From: Octopus sinensis
Taxonomy: Eukaryota
Assembly: GCF_006345805.1 (NCBI RefSeq)
Contig: NC_042997.1
Location: forward strand, 37,262,001 to 37,326,000
Reading direction: 5' to 3'
DNA length: 64,000 bases
Every line of letters begins with the position of its first letter. Positions within the stretch are counted from its first letter, which is position 1. The translations under genes were made by a program, and so were the position numbers. Positions 1 through 12,333 of this stretch are shown in pieces. The notes under the pieces are model-generated. The model was not told the origin of the DNA. It saw only the letters and a list, made by a program, of their open reading frames with translations, and ran no database searches.

Positions 1-207
1 GACCTGCACAAAGGATTTTTTAAAGGTTATCAAATGTTCGTGCCGCACATTAGCTCACTCCAACCATCAGGTAGCGAGATAATCGCTTTGCAACATGAGA
101 TGAGATGTTTTTGCTCAAAAATACAACACACTACCCGGTCTAAAAATTGAAGTCACGATCGCTAGATCGTGAATGCAATACTCCAACCACTAAGCTATAC
201 GTCCTCA
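1..207 (-). mobile_element. tRNA-derived SINE, degenerate 5' part (same family as 7174-7512)
   Basis: ttgctcaaaaatacaacac..cccggtc..cgatc..ctccaaccactaagctatacgtcct parallels the head and core of the 7174-7512 copy. Confidence 0.6.
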
Positions 208-522
208 TATATATACATACACATACATACAATTATGCATACATACATACATACACAAACACACGCACACACACACACACAGAACACACACGCATATATA
301 TATAATCATTTCAAGGATATCTAATCCTCATTAAGGTTTAATAAATCCAAACTTTCACTAGTTGTTTACATACAAATACATGCAAGATTACATATATACA
401 CATATACATGCATATATGTGCATTTATACATGCGTGTGTATATCTGTGTGCATCTATGTCTACATAGAATTTTCATAGTATCTTGTTTATATACTGTCTT
501 TTTCTTTTTACTTTTTGATATG

Positions 523-652
523 GAGAGCTGACAGAAGCGTCAGCACGTCGGGAAAAATGCTTAGCGGCATGCATCCGTCTTTACGTTCTCATTTCAAATT
601 TCGCCGAGGTAACTTTACCTTTCATTCTTTGGGTGACAATAAAATAAGTACC
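523..652 (+). mobile_element. SINE family A, 5' half
   Basis: agctgacagaagcgtcagcacgtcgggaaaaatgcttagcgg...ttcaaatttcgccgaggtaactttacctttcattc...aaaataagtacc matches 6570-6794. Confidence 0.7.
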
Positions 653-784
653 TATTTCTTTATTACCCACAAGGGGCCAAACACAGAGGGGACAAACAAG
701 GACAGACAACGGATTAAGTCGATTATATCGACCCCAGGGCGTAACTGGTACTTAATTAATCGACCCCGGAGGGATGAAAGGCAC
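653..784 (-). mobile_element. SINE family A, 3' half, inverted relative to the adjacent copy
   Basis: tatttctttattacccacaagggg...ggacaaacaaggacagac...cgaccccggagggatgaaaggca is the reverse complement of the 6660-6794 sequence. Confidence 0.8.
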
Positions 785-1414
785 ATTTGAGCACTGTAAT
801 CGACTTGACCCTTCCCCGAAATTTCTGGCCTCATTACATACATTCATATTAATAAGCTTAGAAATGCAAATAAACATTGTTATCCACATCCACTTTATTA
901 AATTTATGTTAAAGAGTTGTAAAATCTTAAATAAAAGATCGACAAAAGACTACACAGAATTGTAGTTACATAAAACCTCAGATATATTTCAGGCGTGTAT
1001 TCCTTGTCTAAAGTGTAGATACACAAGAAAATCATTAAGTCTAACTAATTCAGTTTTTGAAAGAACCCATTTTAGCTCTTCAGATATATTAATAACTCCC
1101 TGTATTTAAGACTTAGAAGTGTGTGTGTATATTTACTGTTTGGTTTGTTTCATTATATCCTGAGCAGTAGACTGTATATTATACGAAAATAGCTGAAAAT
1201 ATCAAAACATTTTTGGCAAAAGCTCTATAAGTTGAACCAAGCGTGGAATTTTATGAGAATTATGTGACTGAATATAGCTGATTTTAACTAAACCAGCACG
1301 TATGATGTGATTAATGTTTGCATGTAATATAACACAGCTTCGTGACAAAAGCTGTATACATAAGTTTGGATCGAATGGAATAAGCATTTCTTTTCTTTGT
1401 TCAGTTTGACTTAC

Positions 1415-1494
1415 GACTTTGAAAAGTGGAGAAGAGGACACAGTTACCAGTTTTACATTTGATCCTTTATTTGCTGTAATCGTTATATCAACTG
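1415..1494 (-). CDS. Candidate orphan exon (xVDITITANKGSNVKLVTVSSSPLFKV), product unknown
   Basis: Acceptor tttttatatatttcag, donor GTC|gtaagt, only one open frame, lies inside the 115-aa ORF 1202-1549; no recognisable homology. Confidence 0.25.
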
Positions 1495-1747
1495 CTGAAA
1501 TATATAAAAATCCAAGAGACTTGGATTCAAAGAATTGCATTAGATTCATATCAAATTTTTATTTCCTATCATTGTAGGTGTTATCTGTCAAATTTTTATT
1601 ATATATTTATTCTAAAACCGAACCTGGGGTTTCAATTTCCTTGCATCTAGGAAAAATACATAAATCTTCAAATATAATAATCAACAGAGAAAATTTAGCG
1701 TAGGTGTGGGTATATTGTTGATATGTGGTAAAAAGAGTGTTCACTTT

Positions 1748-1791
1748 TATATATATATGTGTGTGTGTGTGTATGTGTGTGTGTGTGTGTA

Positions 1792-1828
<37 letters not shown>

Positions 1829-1839
1829 TATATACATCA

Positions 1840-1871
<32 letters not shown>

Positions 1872-1947
1872 CCTATATATACATATATATATATATACCT
1901 ATATATACACATATACACATATATATACACATATATATGCATATATA
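1748..1947. repeat. (TA)n/(TG)n compound microsatellite
   Basis: Direct reading. Confidence 0.95.
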
Positions 1948-1950
1948 CAA

Positions 1951-2327
1951 ACGAAAACAAACATGGAGTGTTATTAGACCTGAACGAGAAGAAAAGAGTG
2001 AACACTGGGAGAAATATTTTATTTGAAAAGCTTTCTCTCTCCCACTCTTTTTATTTTTCTCTCTCTCGTTGCTCACACGTTACCATCGTCCATTTTCTTT
2101 TCCTGCACGACGTTCTAAAGATTGGACGTCTTCTCTCTCTCTCTCCCCCTCTCTCTCTCTCTCTATCTGTCTCTTTCTCTCTCTATCTGTCTCTCTCTCT
2201 CTCTCTATCTGTCTCTCTCTCCCTCTGTCTCTCTTCTATCTCTACTCTTTTCAAAGAAAATATTTCTCCCGGCGTTCACTATTTACCTCTCGTTCAGGTC
2301 TAACGACCCACCATGTTTGTTTTTGTT
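1951..2327. repeat. Inverted repeat with ~80-bp arms (1951-2030 / 2247-2327) around a (TC)n/(TCTG)n core
   Basis: aaaacaaacatgg..ttagacctgaacgag..agtgaac..gggagaaatatttt.tttgaaaag occurs on both strands. Confidence 0.75.
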
Positions 2328-2364
2328 CGGTTCTTGTAAGTCTCCACTGACCTGTTCTTTTCCC

Positions 2365-4571
2365 GAAAATTATATTCATGTGCCATACTTGTCGGTTGTG
2401 ATTTTGGTAGATGTCTAGCACAACTGGCAACAGAACGCAAGAATCCCCAGATCTGTGAGCCTAGGTGTAGTTACGCTTCTGAGAAAGGCTCCGAACAAGG
2501 GGGACATTGTTGATAACTTTAGGTCTGTAACTCTGCTAAATGCAGATTATAAAGTTTTGGCCAAGTTATTAGCAAAGAGGTTGGCACTTGTGGTAGCCAG
2601 ATTAGTGGGTGATGCGCAGACTTGCGCTATCCCCAAGAGATCTATCCACGACAACCTCCACCTCACGTGATACATCATAGCGAGGGTTGGTGAAGAACCC
2701 AGCATGGGTGGGGCTCTGATAAATTTAGATCATTCGAAAGCCTGACCTGAAGCCGAGGCTGTCCTTATGGCGGCTGGTTCTGGTCCTGTTTTCAGAGGGT
2801 GGATACCTACAATGTACAGCGGCATCTGTTTGGTGTTCAAAGGAAATGGCCACCTTACGGAACCGTTCAGAATCACCCGTTCGGTCCTTCAATAATGCCA
2901 CTCTCACCCAATCGTTTAATGGAACTCAAGCCATTTCTGCAGAAGGTTGATGTTCCGAGGGGCATCCTGCGTAAGCTAGGATGCGAAAGAGGTGTGTCAG
3001 CGTATGCAGGCGATGTCACTATGATAGTGCCAGATGCCTCTGAAATAGAGATGAATGCGAAACGGTGACAGGAACAATGAATAAACAGAAGAAATCAGTG
3101 GGCCTACAGCTGCGCACCTGGAGAGGCAGGTCCATGCCGACCGAGAACTTTGTATGGCGGTGGACAGAAGGACCGATTAAGTTTCACGGGGTCTGGATGG
3201 TCCTGACTTCCAAGTGGAGAAGAACTCGAGAGAAGTGACAAACAGGTTGGCCAGTTTCACTTAGAAGTGGGCCGAGAGAAAGCTGCCCCTGAAAGGTCGG
3301 GCGGAGGTGGTGAATGTGTACATCGCATCCGTCATATAATATCGCCTGACTGTCCTCCCTTCCCTTACTTCGTAGCTAAGCAGCTTGGTGCGCTTGCGCT
3401 ACTGCTTCTTGTGGAAGGGAAGGATACCGCTTGTCAGGCGGTCCATTTCCTGTCAGCAGCCGTTGTTTGGAGGACTGGGTATGCCGTGGCTGATGATGCG
3501 CTGAAGTGCGCTGAGGATTTCTTGGCGGTGAGAGAGTTTGGTCGCCGTTTGTTAGACACGCTTCTCCGCAGCTCGTCTCTGACGGAACTAATGTTCTTGA
3601 TCAGGCTTGGACCAAGACAGGTCGCTTGGCACCTAGTGTTTCTCTAAGCAGTCACAGCCCTTGGCCAGTCGGGCAATGCTGTCGGTAGAAGTTCCACCTT
3701 GGAGATCTATAGGGGATTAGTAGAGGGTGAGAGTGACGACGATCTCGGAGAGACTCTGAGCTTTGAGAGGAATAAACTGACTGGTCTCTTCCGCATCCTA
3801 TGGAAAATTTCCAGAAATTTCTGGCCTGACAGTGCTACTGGGATGGCGCTGCCGGTTCGTGAGAAGCTCTACAGATGCGGACGTGTAGTCAGACAGACTT
3901 GCCCGAGGTTCATGCGAAGCAAGGAAACTATTCTTCGTGCACTAGTCCAGTGTTTTCTCATTGCTGACTTGTGGAGCTTTGTCGAACAGTTATTGTTACG
4001 TGTAGGACGAGGCAATCGCGAAGATTGCCCTGCCTCCTTCTTTGGCCGGGAAGGAAAGACATTTTCTCTGTCTGGTGGCTATGGCGAAAGTGTTTGTATG
4101 GTGGACGTGATTGAAGACGGGTACCTTCCTCTTCAGCCAAGGCGTCATTCACTGTTTCAAGTTGTACCTGAAAAGGAAGGTGCTGAAAAGGAAGGTCAGA
4201 CTGGATACGGAGATGCTATCACCCAACAGGTTTGTCGAGAGATGGGGTTACTATATCATGGATGGCCCGTGTGAAAGGGCCTACTTCATGTGTGCGTCTG
4301 TAAGCTGGATAGAGTGAGGAGAAAAGGGGATCCCACCTGAGGTAGCTTGGTGTTAGGTGAGGTTGCTTTAAACACATCTCGGTGTACACATACACACACA
4401 CTCTCTCTCTCTCACTCTCTCTCATATACACACCAACTCCACACTCTTGGGGAATCTTATATTGTTGGGTAATTTTCCTTGTTAATTGTTGTTTACTGTA
4501 TAACATCGCTGTCCCTCGTTTGTGTATTCTCCATTGTGTTTTGTTTTCGGTCGTGATGAGCAATAAAAAAG
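2365..4571 (+). mobile_element. 5'-truncated, degenerate L1/Tx1-clade LINE (RT, C-terminal Cys motif, 3' UTR)
   Basis: GVVTLLRK..FRSVTLLNADYKVLAKLLAKRL..QTCAIPKRSIHDNL (RT 1-2), LDHSKA, AYAGDVT (YADD-like), CPRF..ETILRALVQC; AATAAA at ~4562 followed by a (TAT)n tail; many stops and frameshifts. Confidence 0.9.
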
Positions 4572-4588
4572 TATTATTATTATTATTA

Positions 4589-4642
<54 letters not shown>

Positions 4643-4705
4643 TTATTATTATGTTGTTGTTGTTGTTGTTATTGTTATTATTATTATTGTTATTATTATT
4701 ATTAG
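4572..4705. repeat. (TAT)n/(TGT)n microsatellite
   Basis: Direct reading. Confidence 0.95.
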
Positions 4706-4708
4706 ATT

Positions 4709-5099
4709 AACAATGCATGACCTTGCAGGTGGTGCCCGGTTTGAAGTTTTGTCATACTGAGTAGCCCATCCGGCACAATAGGTCCCTGAATTAGGGTTGC
4801 TTAAGGATGTTAAACAAAACATCCCTGAGTTAAATAACCTAAACCCCTAAGAATGCCTATCAAGACATGCCAATGGCGCTCCCCCACTACTTCTGTTCAT
4901 GATTAGAGGTGCACATATCGTCAATCACTGAGGGACATCCTTGATTGGTTACATCAAGCAAGTGACAAGCAAACCTGTGGTATTAAGCAGAATATTTGCT
5001 GTAGCCCATCTTTTATACCAAGACAGAACAATTTACATAACACTTACAATTACTTAAGATGAGAAGCCATGAAAGCCACTGACTGTTACTGCATCAGGG

Positions 5100-5100
<1 letters not shown>
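4709..5100. repeat. Unclassified interspersed repeat, copy 1
   Basis: Shares catgaccttgcaggtgg...ctcccccactacttctg...gcagaatatttgctgt.gcccatcttttatac with 5140-5619; flanked by (TTA)n. Confidence 0.7.
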
Positions 5101-5139
<39 letters not shown>

Positions 5140-5619
5140 GAGTGAGAGAGCAGTGCACGCCATCAGAGTGACACTGGGGTAAAATATATGAAGCCCAGTA
5201 TACCCATCATGACTACCCGTCTGATAACAGTACACTAGGCACATGCATCACAACCATATATGCGCGACATGGTGATCTCATATCAAGATAAACAACACAT
5301 GACCTTGCAGGTGGGGCCCAGTTAGAATCTTCTTCGTGTAGTCATCCGCTCAAAAGGTACCTGAATAAGAGTTGAACGAAACACCCATATTTCCAAAGGT
5401 GAATTATCCAAACCTCCAAGAATTCCTTTCAACACATGGCTATGATGCTCCCCCCACTACTTCTGCTTGTGATCATAGATTCTCATATCGTCAGTCACTA
5501 AGGGACATGCTCAACTGGTTAACGTCAAACAACTAACAAGCAAATCTGTGGTATTGAGCAGAATATTTGCTGTGGCCCATCTTTTATACGAAGTCAAAAC
5601 AATGTACTTGATGACACTC
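5140..5619. repeat. Unclassified interspersed repeat, copy 2 (longer)
   Basis: Diverged homolog of 4709-5100; abuts (TTA)n arrays on both sides. Confidence 0.7.
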
Positions 5620-5625
5620 GATAAC

Positions 5626-5627
<2 letters not shown>

Positions 5628-5674
<47 letters not shown>

Positions 5675-5745
5675 TATTATTATTATTGTTATTATCATTA
5701 TTGTTCTTGTTGCTGTTATTACTATTATCATCATCATCATCATCA

Positions 5746-5800
<55 letters not shown>

Positions 5801-5822
5801 CATTATTATCATCATCATCATT
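5628..5822. repeat. (TAT)n/(CAT)n microsatellite
   Basis: Direct reading. Confidence 0.95.
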
Positions 5823-6569
5823 AAGTGGTTTATTTCTGTTTTGCAGACCAGATTTTAGATTGTCTGCCGCGGATTAGATTAGAAGATTATATCTCAATAT
5901 CATTTAAGTACATTGCGTGTTACTTTCATTATAATTATTGATATAAGATATATTAGATACCGAATGTGCAACTGCAGTTGATCTCGCTTATGTCAAGTTT
6001 GAATACTTTCCAGTATCGGAGGTTTAGTTGCAAATGATGCATAAATTGGTCTGTTGGTTAAATATTTAAAGAAATATTTAGTTATACCTCGTGGGGTTAA
6101 GGAACCAATCATTGAATACCCTTCTATCAAGTTAATGAAATAATGATCATGGTTGAATATATTTTTGTTGGGAAACAGCTCAGAGATTTGTTTTCGTCCG
6201 TTTGTAATGACATTTATGCATAACACGGTTACGGAATTCTTCCTTGTGCCCCTGATATTTTGATTTGACATAGTATAGAGTAAATGTCTACTCGTCTATA
6301 ACTAAATTATGAACACACCTACCAGTAAACAAGCCTTCAGATACACATACACTCTCACACACACGTGCGCGCACGCACCTCACACACTATAGATAAAAGT
6401 TACATAGACCTGTCACAAAGATTTAAACCTACACCCAATAAACCTGATATTTAAAAATGTAACAGACGGACGAATGAATGGATCGATGGATGCATACAGG
6501 GAAGGAGAGAGGAATGGATGGATATGTAGAGCTATTTATCTTCCCTTAATTATCACTGAACACGTTATT

Positions 6570-6794
6570 GAGCTGGCAGAAACGTTAGCAGACCGGGCGA
6601 AATGCGTAGCCGTATTTCGTCTGTCGTTACGTCGTGAGTTCAAATTCCGCCGAGGTCGACTTGGCCTTTCATCCTTTCGGGGTCGATAAATTAAGTACCA
6701 GTTACGCACTGGGGTCGATGCAATTGACTTAATCCGTTTGTCTGTCCTTGTTTGTCCCCTCTATGTTTAACCCCTTGTGGGCAATAAAGAAATA
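6570..6794 (+). mobile_element. SINE family A, near full length
   Basis: B-box-like gagttcaaattcc, core gaggtcgacttggcctttcatcctttcggggtcgataaattaagtacc, tail aataaagaaata; six copies in the window. Confidence 0.9.
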
Positions 6795-7173
6795 TATTAT
6801 CAATATTTTGTCTCTGTCACCGTTCAAAATATCCTGTATGCGAAATTAAACGAAAAAATCTATAACGAATCTGAACATCAATATTATATGTATATTCGTG
6901 AAATGGTGCCACGTATAACAATCATATTCATAAATAATTGCAACTTATGAAAACAAATCAAGCACGAGCTATATAAAAAGTTAGGAATCGTGAAAAACGA
7001 GACAAACTTGTCAGTGGATATTTTGATACCATCTCCACAAAATGTCGTCAATTTTTTAGTCATGAAATACAATCACAAATGACACAAATCTGATATTAAG
7101 ACATTGAGTGACTCATCATATTTGCAAAGCGATTTCTGCAGGACATGAATATATATATATATATATATATATA

Positions 7174-7512
7174 AAGGGTAAAGACCCCCTTCGGTCATGA
7201 ATGACCATGGGATTGCACCTAGAAAGTTACCCTCCTAGACACAAGTCCGGGCAAGGTTGTTTATGGAAGGCCAGCAGTCGCCCATGCATACCAGCCTCCC
7301 CTCTCCACGCCACCAGTGTTATCTAAGGGAAAGACAAAGGTCGATACAGCTTGGCACCAGTGACGTCGCAACTCATTTCTACAGCTGAGTGAACTGGAGC
7401 AACGTGAAATAAAGTGCCTTGCTCGAGAACACAACACGCAGCCCGGTCCGGGATTCGAGCTCACAACCTCACGATCGTAAGCTCGACGCTCTAACCACTG
7501 AGCCATGCGCCT
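7174..7512 (-). mobile_element. tRNA-derived SINE family B, full length, inserted in (TA)n
   Basis: Minus strand reads aggcgcaTGGCTCAGTGGttagagcg (A-box)...gaGCTCGAATCCcgg (B-box), then core and tail; (TA)n on both sides. Confidence 0.9.
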
Positions 7513-7539
7513 ATATATATATATATATATATACGTATA

Positions 7540-7775
7540 TAATATTTCTGATTATATTTTAGATATTTCAATCACCTGAAGTATGACTGTAACTCGAATT
7601 TTTACGAATTGGACAGCCATGAAACGATCGTAGTGTTATACTAATTATCTTTTTTTAATAATTTTGACATATATTTAAAATAATATAACTTAATTAATCT
7701 TATGTATTGGCTTAAGTTTTTCATTGTATGATTTGCCTAATAGTAGTTTTATCTCTAATTTAATATAATATATAT
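7540..7775 (+). mobile_element. Penelope-like terminal (pLTR) remnant
   Basis: Homologous to the 25805-26202 fold-back; carries a hammerhead-like motif; TA-rich flanks. Confidence 0.6.
7573..7635 (+). ncRNA. Minimal type-I hammerhead-like motif (variant core CUGAAGU)
   Basis: cac CTGAAGT atgactgt...acagccat GAAA cgatcg TA gtg: stem I cac/gtg, stem II 7 of 8 bp, palindromic stem III ACGATCGT. Confidence 0.45.
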
Positions 7776-9642
7776 ATGTATATATTGTAGAGTTATGTTT
7801 CCAATTGATTTTCACTATTTTTCGGTGATTTCATTTCAAAAGCCAACTGATCTCATTTACTCATTTAGTCTCTCACGTTTCATATTAGATCATGCTTATT
7901 GACATAATCAACCCATATTCTGGCGCAATGATGTAATATCCAACGCTTGGCAAAGTATCTCAAGAATTTCACCTAGATACACAGACGAGAAGAAAAATAA
8001 TAAAAAAGGAGTTAATGTCCCCCAAGATTCCTTATGAACTATAAAATAATTTCATTGTATTGAAATTTTTGCTCAGAAATTAAAAAATATGGAGGAAATC
8101 AGCTAAATGATGGAGAAAAATGTAGTAAAATTTTACCTGCAAAAAACACAACAGAATTTATATGTAATAATATGGATACAAAATCAAAATTCATAACATA
8201 AAAGCGAGAGAAATTATCAGATATCCAGACTTTTCTAAATCACTAAATTTGAAAATCTCAAAAGATTTTACAACAAATCTAGCACTTCCTTTGACACAAT
8301 GATTATTTTGCCATAAAATAACTTCCTTGAAAGCCTCACTAATCTCGAACCCTGCACACTTATCCGGAAACGCATCTCTTCCCTCGAGGGTTTGTCGAAG
8401 GACTTTAATGAAGTTACCATGGCTAACATTCGGCGCCTAACTACGTTGACGTGTATATCAATAATTGCGAGCTTCCAAATCCCTTGTGTGGGAATTGCTG
8501 TCTATGTGTGATTATAAGGTTTTCTCAAATCGACCTCTTCAGTGCTTTCATCAACTTCTCTCACTTTGCCCTACATTTCACATTTACCATCTACATCACT
8601 GCTGAAAATATCTGGAATACTGTTTAAAATATTTAAGTCACCTCTCCGCCTATAACTTTTACAAACCTATTGAATTCCAAATTTACTCCTAAGTAAATAC
8701 TCTTCACTTCTAAGTCTATTATTCCTAAATCTATCATTCCTTATCAAAAATTTCACAGACACCGCAAATCCATACTGTGTGGAGTAGTAACAACATTTTG
8801 TCTATTACTTTTGCTTAAAAGCCACTAGTATTAAGTTTCCTACCGGCACACTTGCTGTGTTGATCTCATCTTCATCTTCTTACCCCGAATCTGTTTCACA
8901 GCAGACATCTGTTGATCTATGCATAATTTTCGCAATCTTTTACTTGCTTTTAGTACACAATCCTACGATAATTCTGTCCTCTACAATTAAGCTCTGCTAC
9001 TTCCCACATATTCTCTAATTCCCTCCCTTTCTTCCATCAATGTCCATAGATTTCTAATACGTAATACCTCTCATATCCCACTCGAACTGAGTTCTTTGCT
9101 GTTCACGAATTTTCCGTAACATCATTCCATCCAGAATATCGCCACCCTACACAGTTATAGGTACTTCTTCTCTATGGTAAGCTGTTTGACCGACATAATC
9201 ATAATTATCCTATGAAATATCAACCCTTCGGTTTGAAATAGCAAGGGAACCATCATCGAATATCGTAGCAACACATGCCTGGTGTCAAATACAATTTATC
9301 CAGTGAAATCGAGTATTCCTGAGAGCATTTTTACTGTATATTTGGACTACAGCCCTGGTCGAAGTATTGGGTATATGAAACTCTAAAAAAGGTGTCAAAA
9401 ATGAAACTGAGAATTATTTTCAACAGAAAATATATTTCCATCGGGGAAGGTAACCGGAAAGTTTAACGAATACATATGCATGTTTGTATACACATACGTA
9501 TATAGCACAGAAAATATATACCTACATCCACACATACACACACAGTTTTTAATGCACACGTGAGCAAAATAGTCGTTTATGTTAATATACGCGTCTTTAT
9601 GCATGCCATTGAGCACCGAAATTTCTAAAGGAATTGGATTTA

Positions 9643-9996
9643 GAAGCACTCCGTCGGTTAAGACGATGAGGGTTCCGGTTGATCCGAATCAACGGAACAG
9701 CCTACTCGTGAAATTAACGTGTAAGTGGCTGAGCATTCCACAGACACGTGTACCCTTAACGTAGTTCTCGGGGATATTCAGCGTGACACAGAGCGTGACA
9801 AGGCCGGCCCTTTGAAATACAGGTACAACAGAAACAGGAAGTACAGCAGGGATCACCACCATCCCCTGCCGGAGCCTCGTGGAGCTTTTAGGTGTTTTCG
9901 CTCAATAAACACTCAGAACGCCCGGTCTGGGAATCGAAACCGCGATCGTATGACCGCGAGTCCGCTGCCCTAGCCACTGGGCCATTGCGCCTCCAC
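9643..9996 (-). mobile_element. tRNA-derived SINE family C
   Basis: A-box tggcccagtggc and B-box ggtttcgattccc on the minus strand; 13-bp TSD ggaattggattta/ggaattagattta; homologs at 24871 and 38886. Confidence 0.92.
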
Positions 9997-11970
9997 TGGA
10001 ATTAGATTTAACAGCTATTGTAAAAAATGGGAGCTACTCTATTTTCGGCTAAAAATGTTTCTATGACATTATGCTTATTCAAAGAAGAATATCCTACAGC
10101 CAATTTCGGCAACTGATTTGTCTCTTTCATGAGTCGTGATGCACAAATATGCATTATAGTCAACGGTTACCACTATTTATTTCACGAAAGGCTATGATTA
10201 CAAACTGAACAACATACAAAAGTTGGTATTTCAATTGGTAATTTTTCAACAATATTACTGCCGGGTAAATTTTTCTTACTGACAGAATATGAACAAAGTT
10301 TCCATAGGGAATGTTGTTTTCACTAAGACCACAAGCAATAAGCATTTCATTCTTTGCTTTCCTTTTCTATTAACTTATTTTTTTCGACATAAATTGAGAA
10401 ATATTAATAATATTTCTCAATTTATGGCATACCAAAATATTTCTTATATCTGACAAGAGTTTGAGTTACAGAGTCAAGGATTTATTTATATTTCTCAGAG
10501 TAAGGGTGCAATATTTACAATAGTTAGTTTCTTCGTCATTTTTCTCTTGTTGAAGATAAATTTCAAATTCAGGATATCGCAGCCATTTTTCATTGCTTGA
10601 CTATGCATACCAATGAGAGTTTTCATTTCATCATGTAAATTATAGATAGCAAAAAACTACGATTCCCAAAAATTTATGATGATTGAAAATGCGGGATCAT
10701 TCATATACGACGAGAATACACGACAAATATTAAAGGAGGATGACTAGATTACAATGTACAATGGATCAAAAGTGATACATACAATCCACCTGAATACCTA
10801 TTAGAAGTAGCCAGCGCTTAGTGACCGACAATGTTATGTACAACTTAGGCTGATTAACATAGAGGATTCTAACACTTGTGAACGTGGAAGTTAGCTGACC
10901 ATGAGCTACACATGCACAGAAAGGATAGCAAGAAACTTACACTTGGTCGTTAGAAGTGGGAAAGTCTTTTAAAGATTTGGTTTAAAATGCGTATAAGTAT
11001 CTGGTAAATATGAATCTGACATATTAATATACTGATTAGACGACTTTCAACTGTACAAAACCTGGGAGTCACTCGTTATACAATAGTCGATGGGGATAGA
11101 GGCAACTAAATATATGCACAAACATACACACGATTGAATCTATGCTGTAAAAAAGGATGACCTTCGGAATTGTTATTTTGTTCAATAGTATTATTACAAA
11201 GTTGTATTTAAAAGAGAGATATTTTAAATACAACTATAAGCATAGACGTTTAGCAACCTGAATATCCTGCTTCCGAGAAATTCAACTTGTCTATACATTA
11301 TTTTGCGGCAAGTTGGTAGAAACACATCTTTAAAAATGTAACCTAAAATTATAATAGAACATAGAGATTTGCTGTTGAACATGCTTCAATGTTATTTGCT
11401 AAGATATGTATAGAAACTGGTATATTGAGAAAAACAAAGATACCAGAAATTTTGCCGCATAGACCTAGTATTCCATCTCCTCCTCTCTCTCCCCTCTCTC
11501 TCCTCCTCTCTCTCTCTCTTTCTCTCTCCCTCAGTCTCCCTCACTCCCTCTCTCTCTCTCTCTCTCCTTCTCTCTCTGCATAAAACTAGATTCTCTTTAA
11601 TTTTCCTTTCTACTCTGTTTTTCTCGTTCAGTTTCACAATGCTTCTTTTACCTCTGACACATAATTTACCTTTTATTTCACTTAACCATCATTATTACTT
11701 TCTCTATCTCAGTAACCCACGTCATACTTCCACTCTTTCTCTTCAAACTATCACTATTTTATTTTAGTATATTTCAGAGTTTGAAAGAAGATACGATAAT
11801 GTACGTATCACATTGGAGATGCATAAGATAGTTTCAAGTATTTAGTTACTTTGGGTAACTACTTTCAAAATATGTATACAGAATATGGGTGATGGAAAAA
11901 TATCAGATCTGGGACAAACTATCGAGTATTGGCAGCCCCTGTATAGACGCTTTATTTGATTTTTTATTAG

Positions 11971-12104
11971 CTTGGAGATTTTGGAAATTTTACTTCATCA
12001 GTTGTTTCATTTATTTGGAATATACAAGTCGATTATACAATTCTGTGGAAGGCTGGAGTTTATTTTCACCAAAATATGCGAGGAAGTATATCTGTCACTG
12101 TTTG
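11971..12104 (+). CDS. Candidate orphan exon (LGDFGNFTSSVVSFIWNIQVDYTILWKAGVYFHQNMRGSISVTV), product unknown
   Basis: Acceptor ttttttattag, donor TG|gtaatt; a second frame is also open, so the reading frame is ambiguous; no recognised homology. Confidence 0.18.
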
Positions 12105-12333
12105 GTAATTTCCTCAGACATTTTAAATGACACCTGTCATAACAACCAAGTTCCTACGCCCAACCTTCATGAGAGAGAAAAGGCCAGATCTTAAAACAGG
12201 TCAACAGTTGTAAGAAGAAGTAACGATATGATGCGTACATTATTGTATCTTCTTTCAAACTCTGAAATATACTAAAATAAAAGAGGGATAGTTTGAAGAG
12301 AAAGAGTGGAGGTGTGACGTGGGTTACTGAGAT

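Noticed and set aside
7420-7512. SINE heads (also 9900-9996, 12334-12410, 25170-25254, 39190-39262) as tRNA genes
   Set aside because: They have A/B boxes but no complete cloverleaf, and they continue into SINE core and tail sequence.
8280-9130. Possible RTE-type RT remnant on the minus strand
   Set aside because: Only vague motif resemblance, and the motif order is inconsistent; left unannotated.
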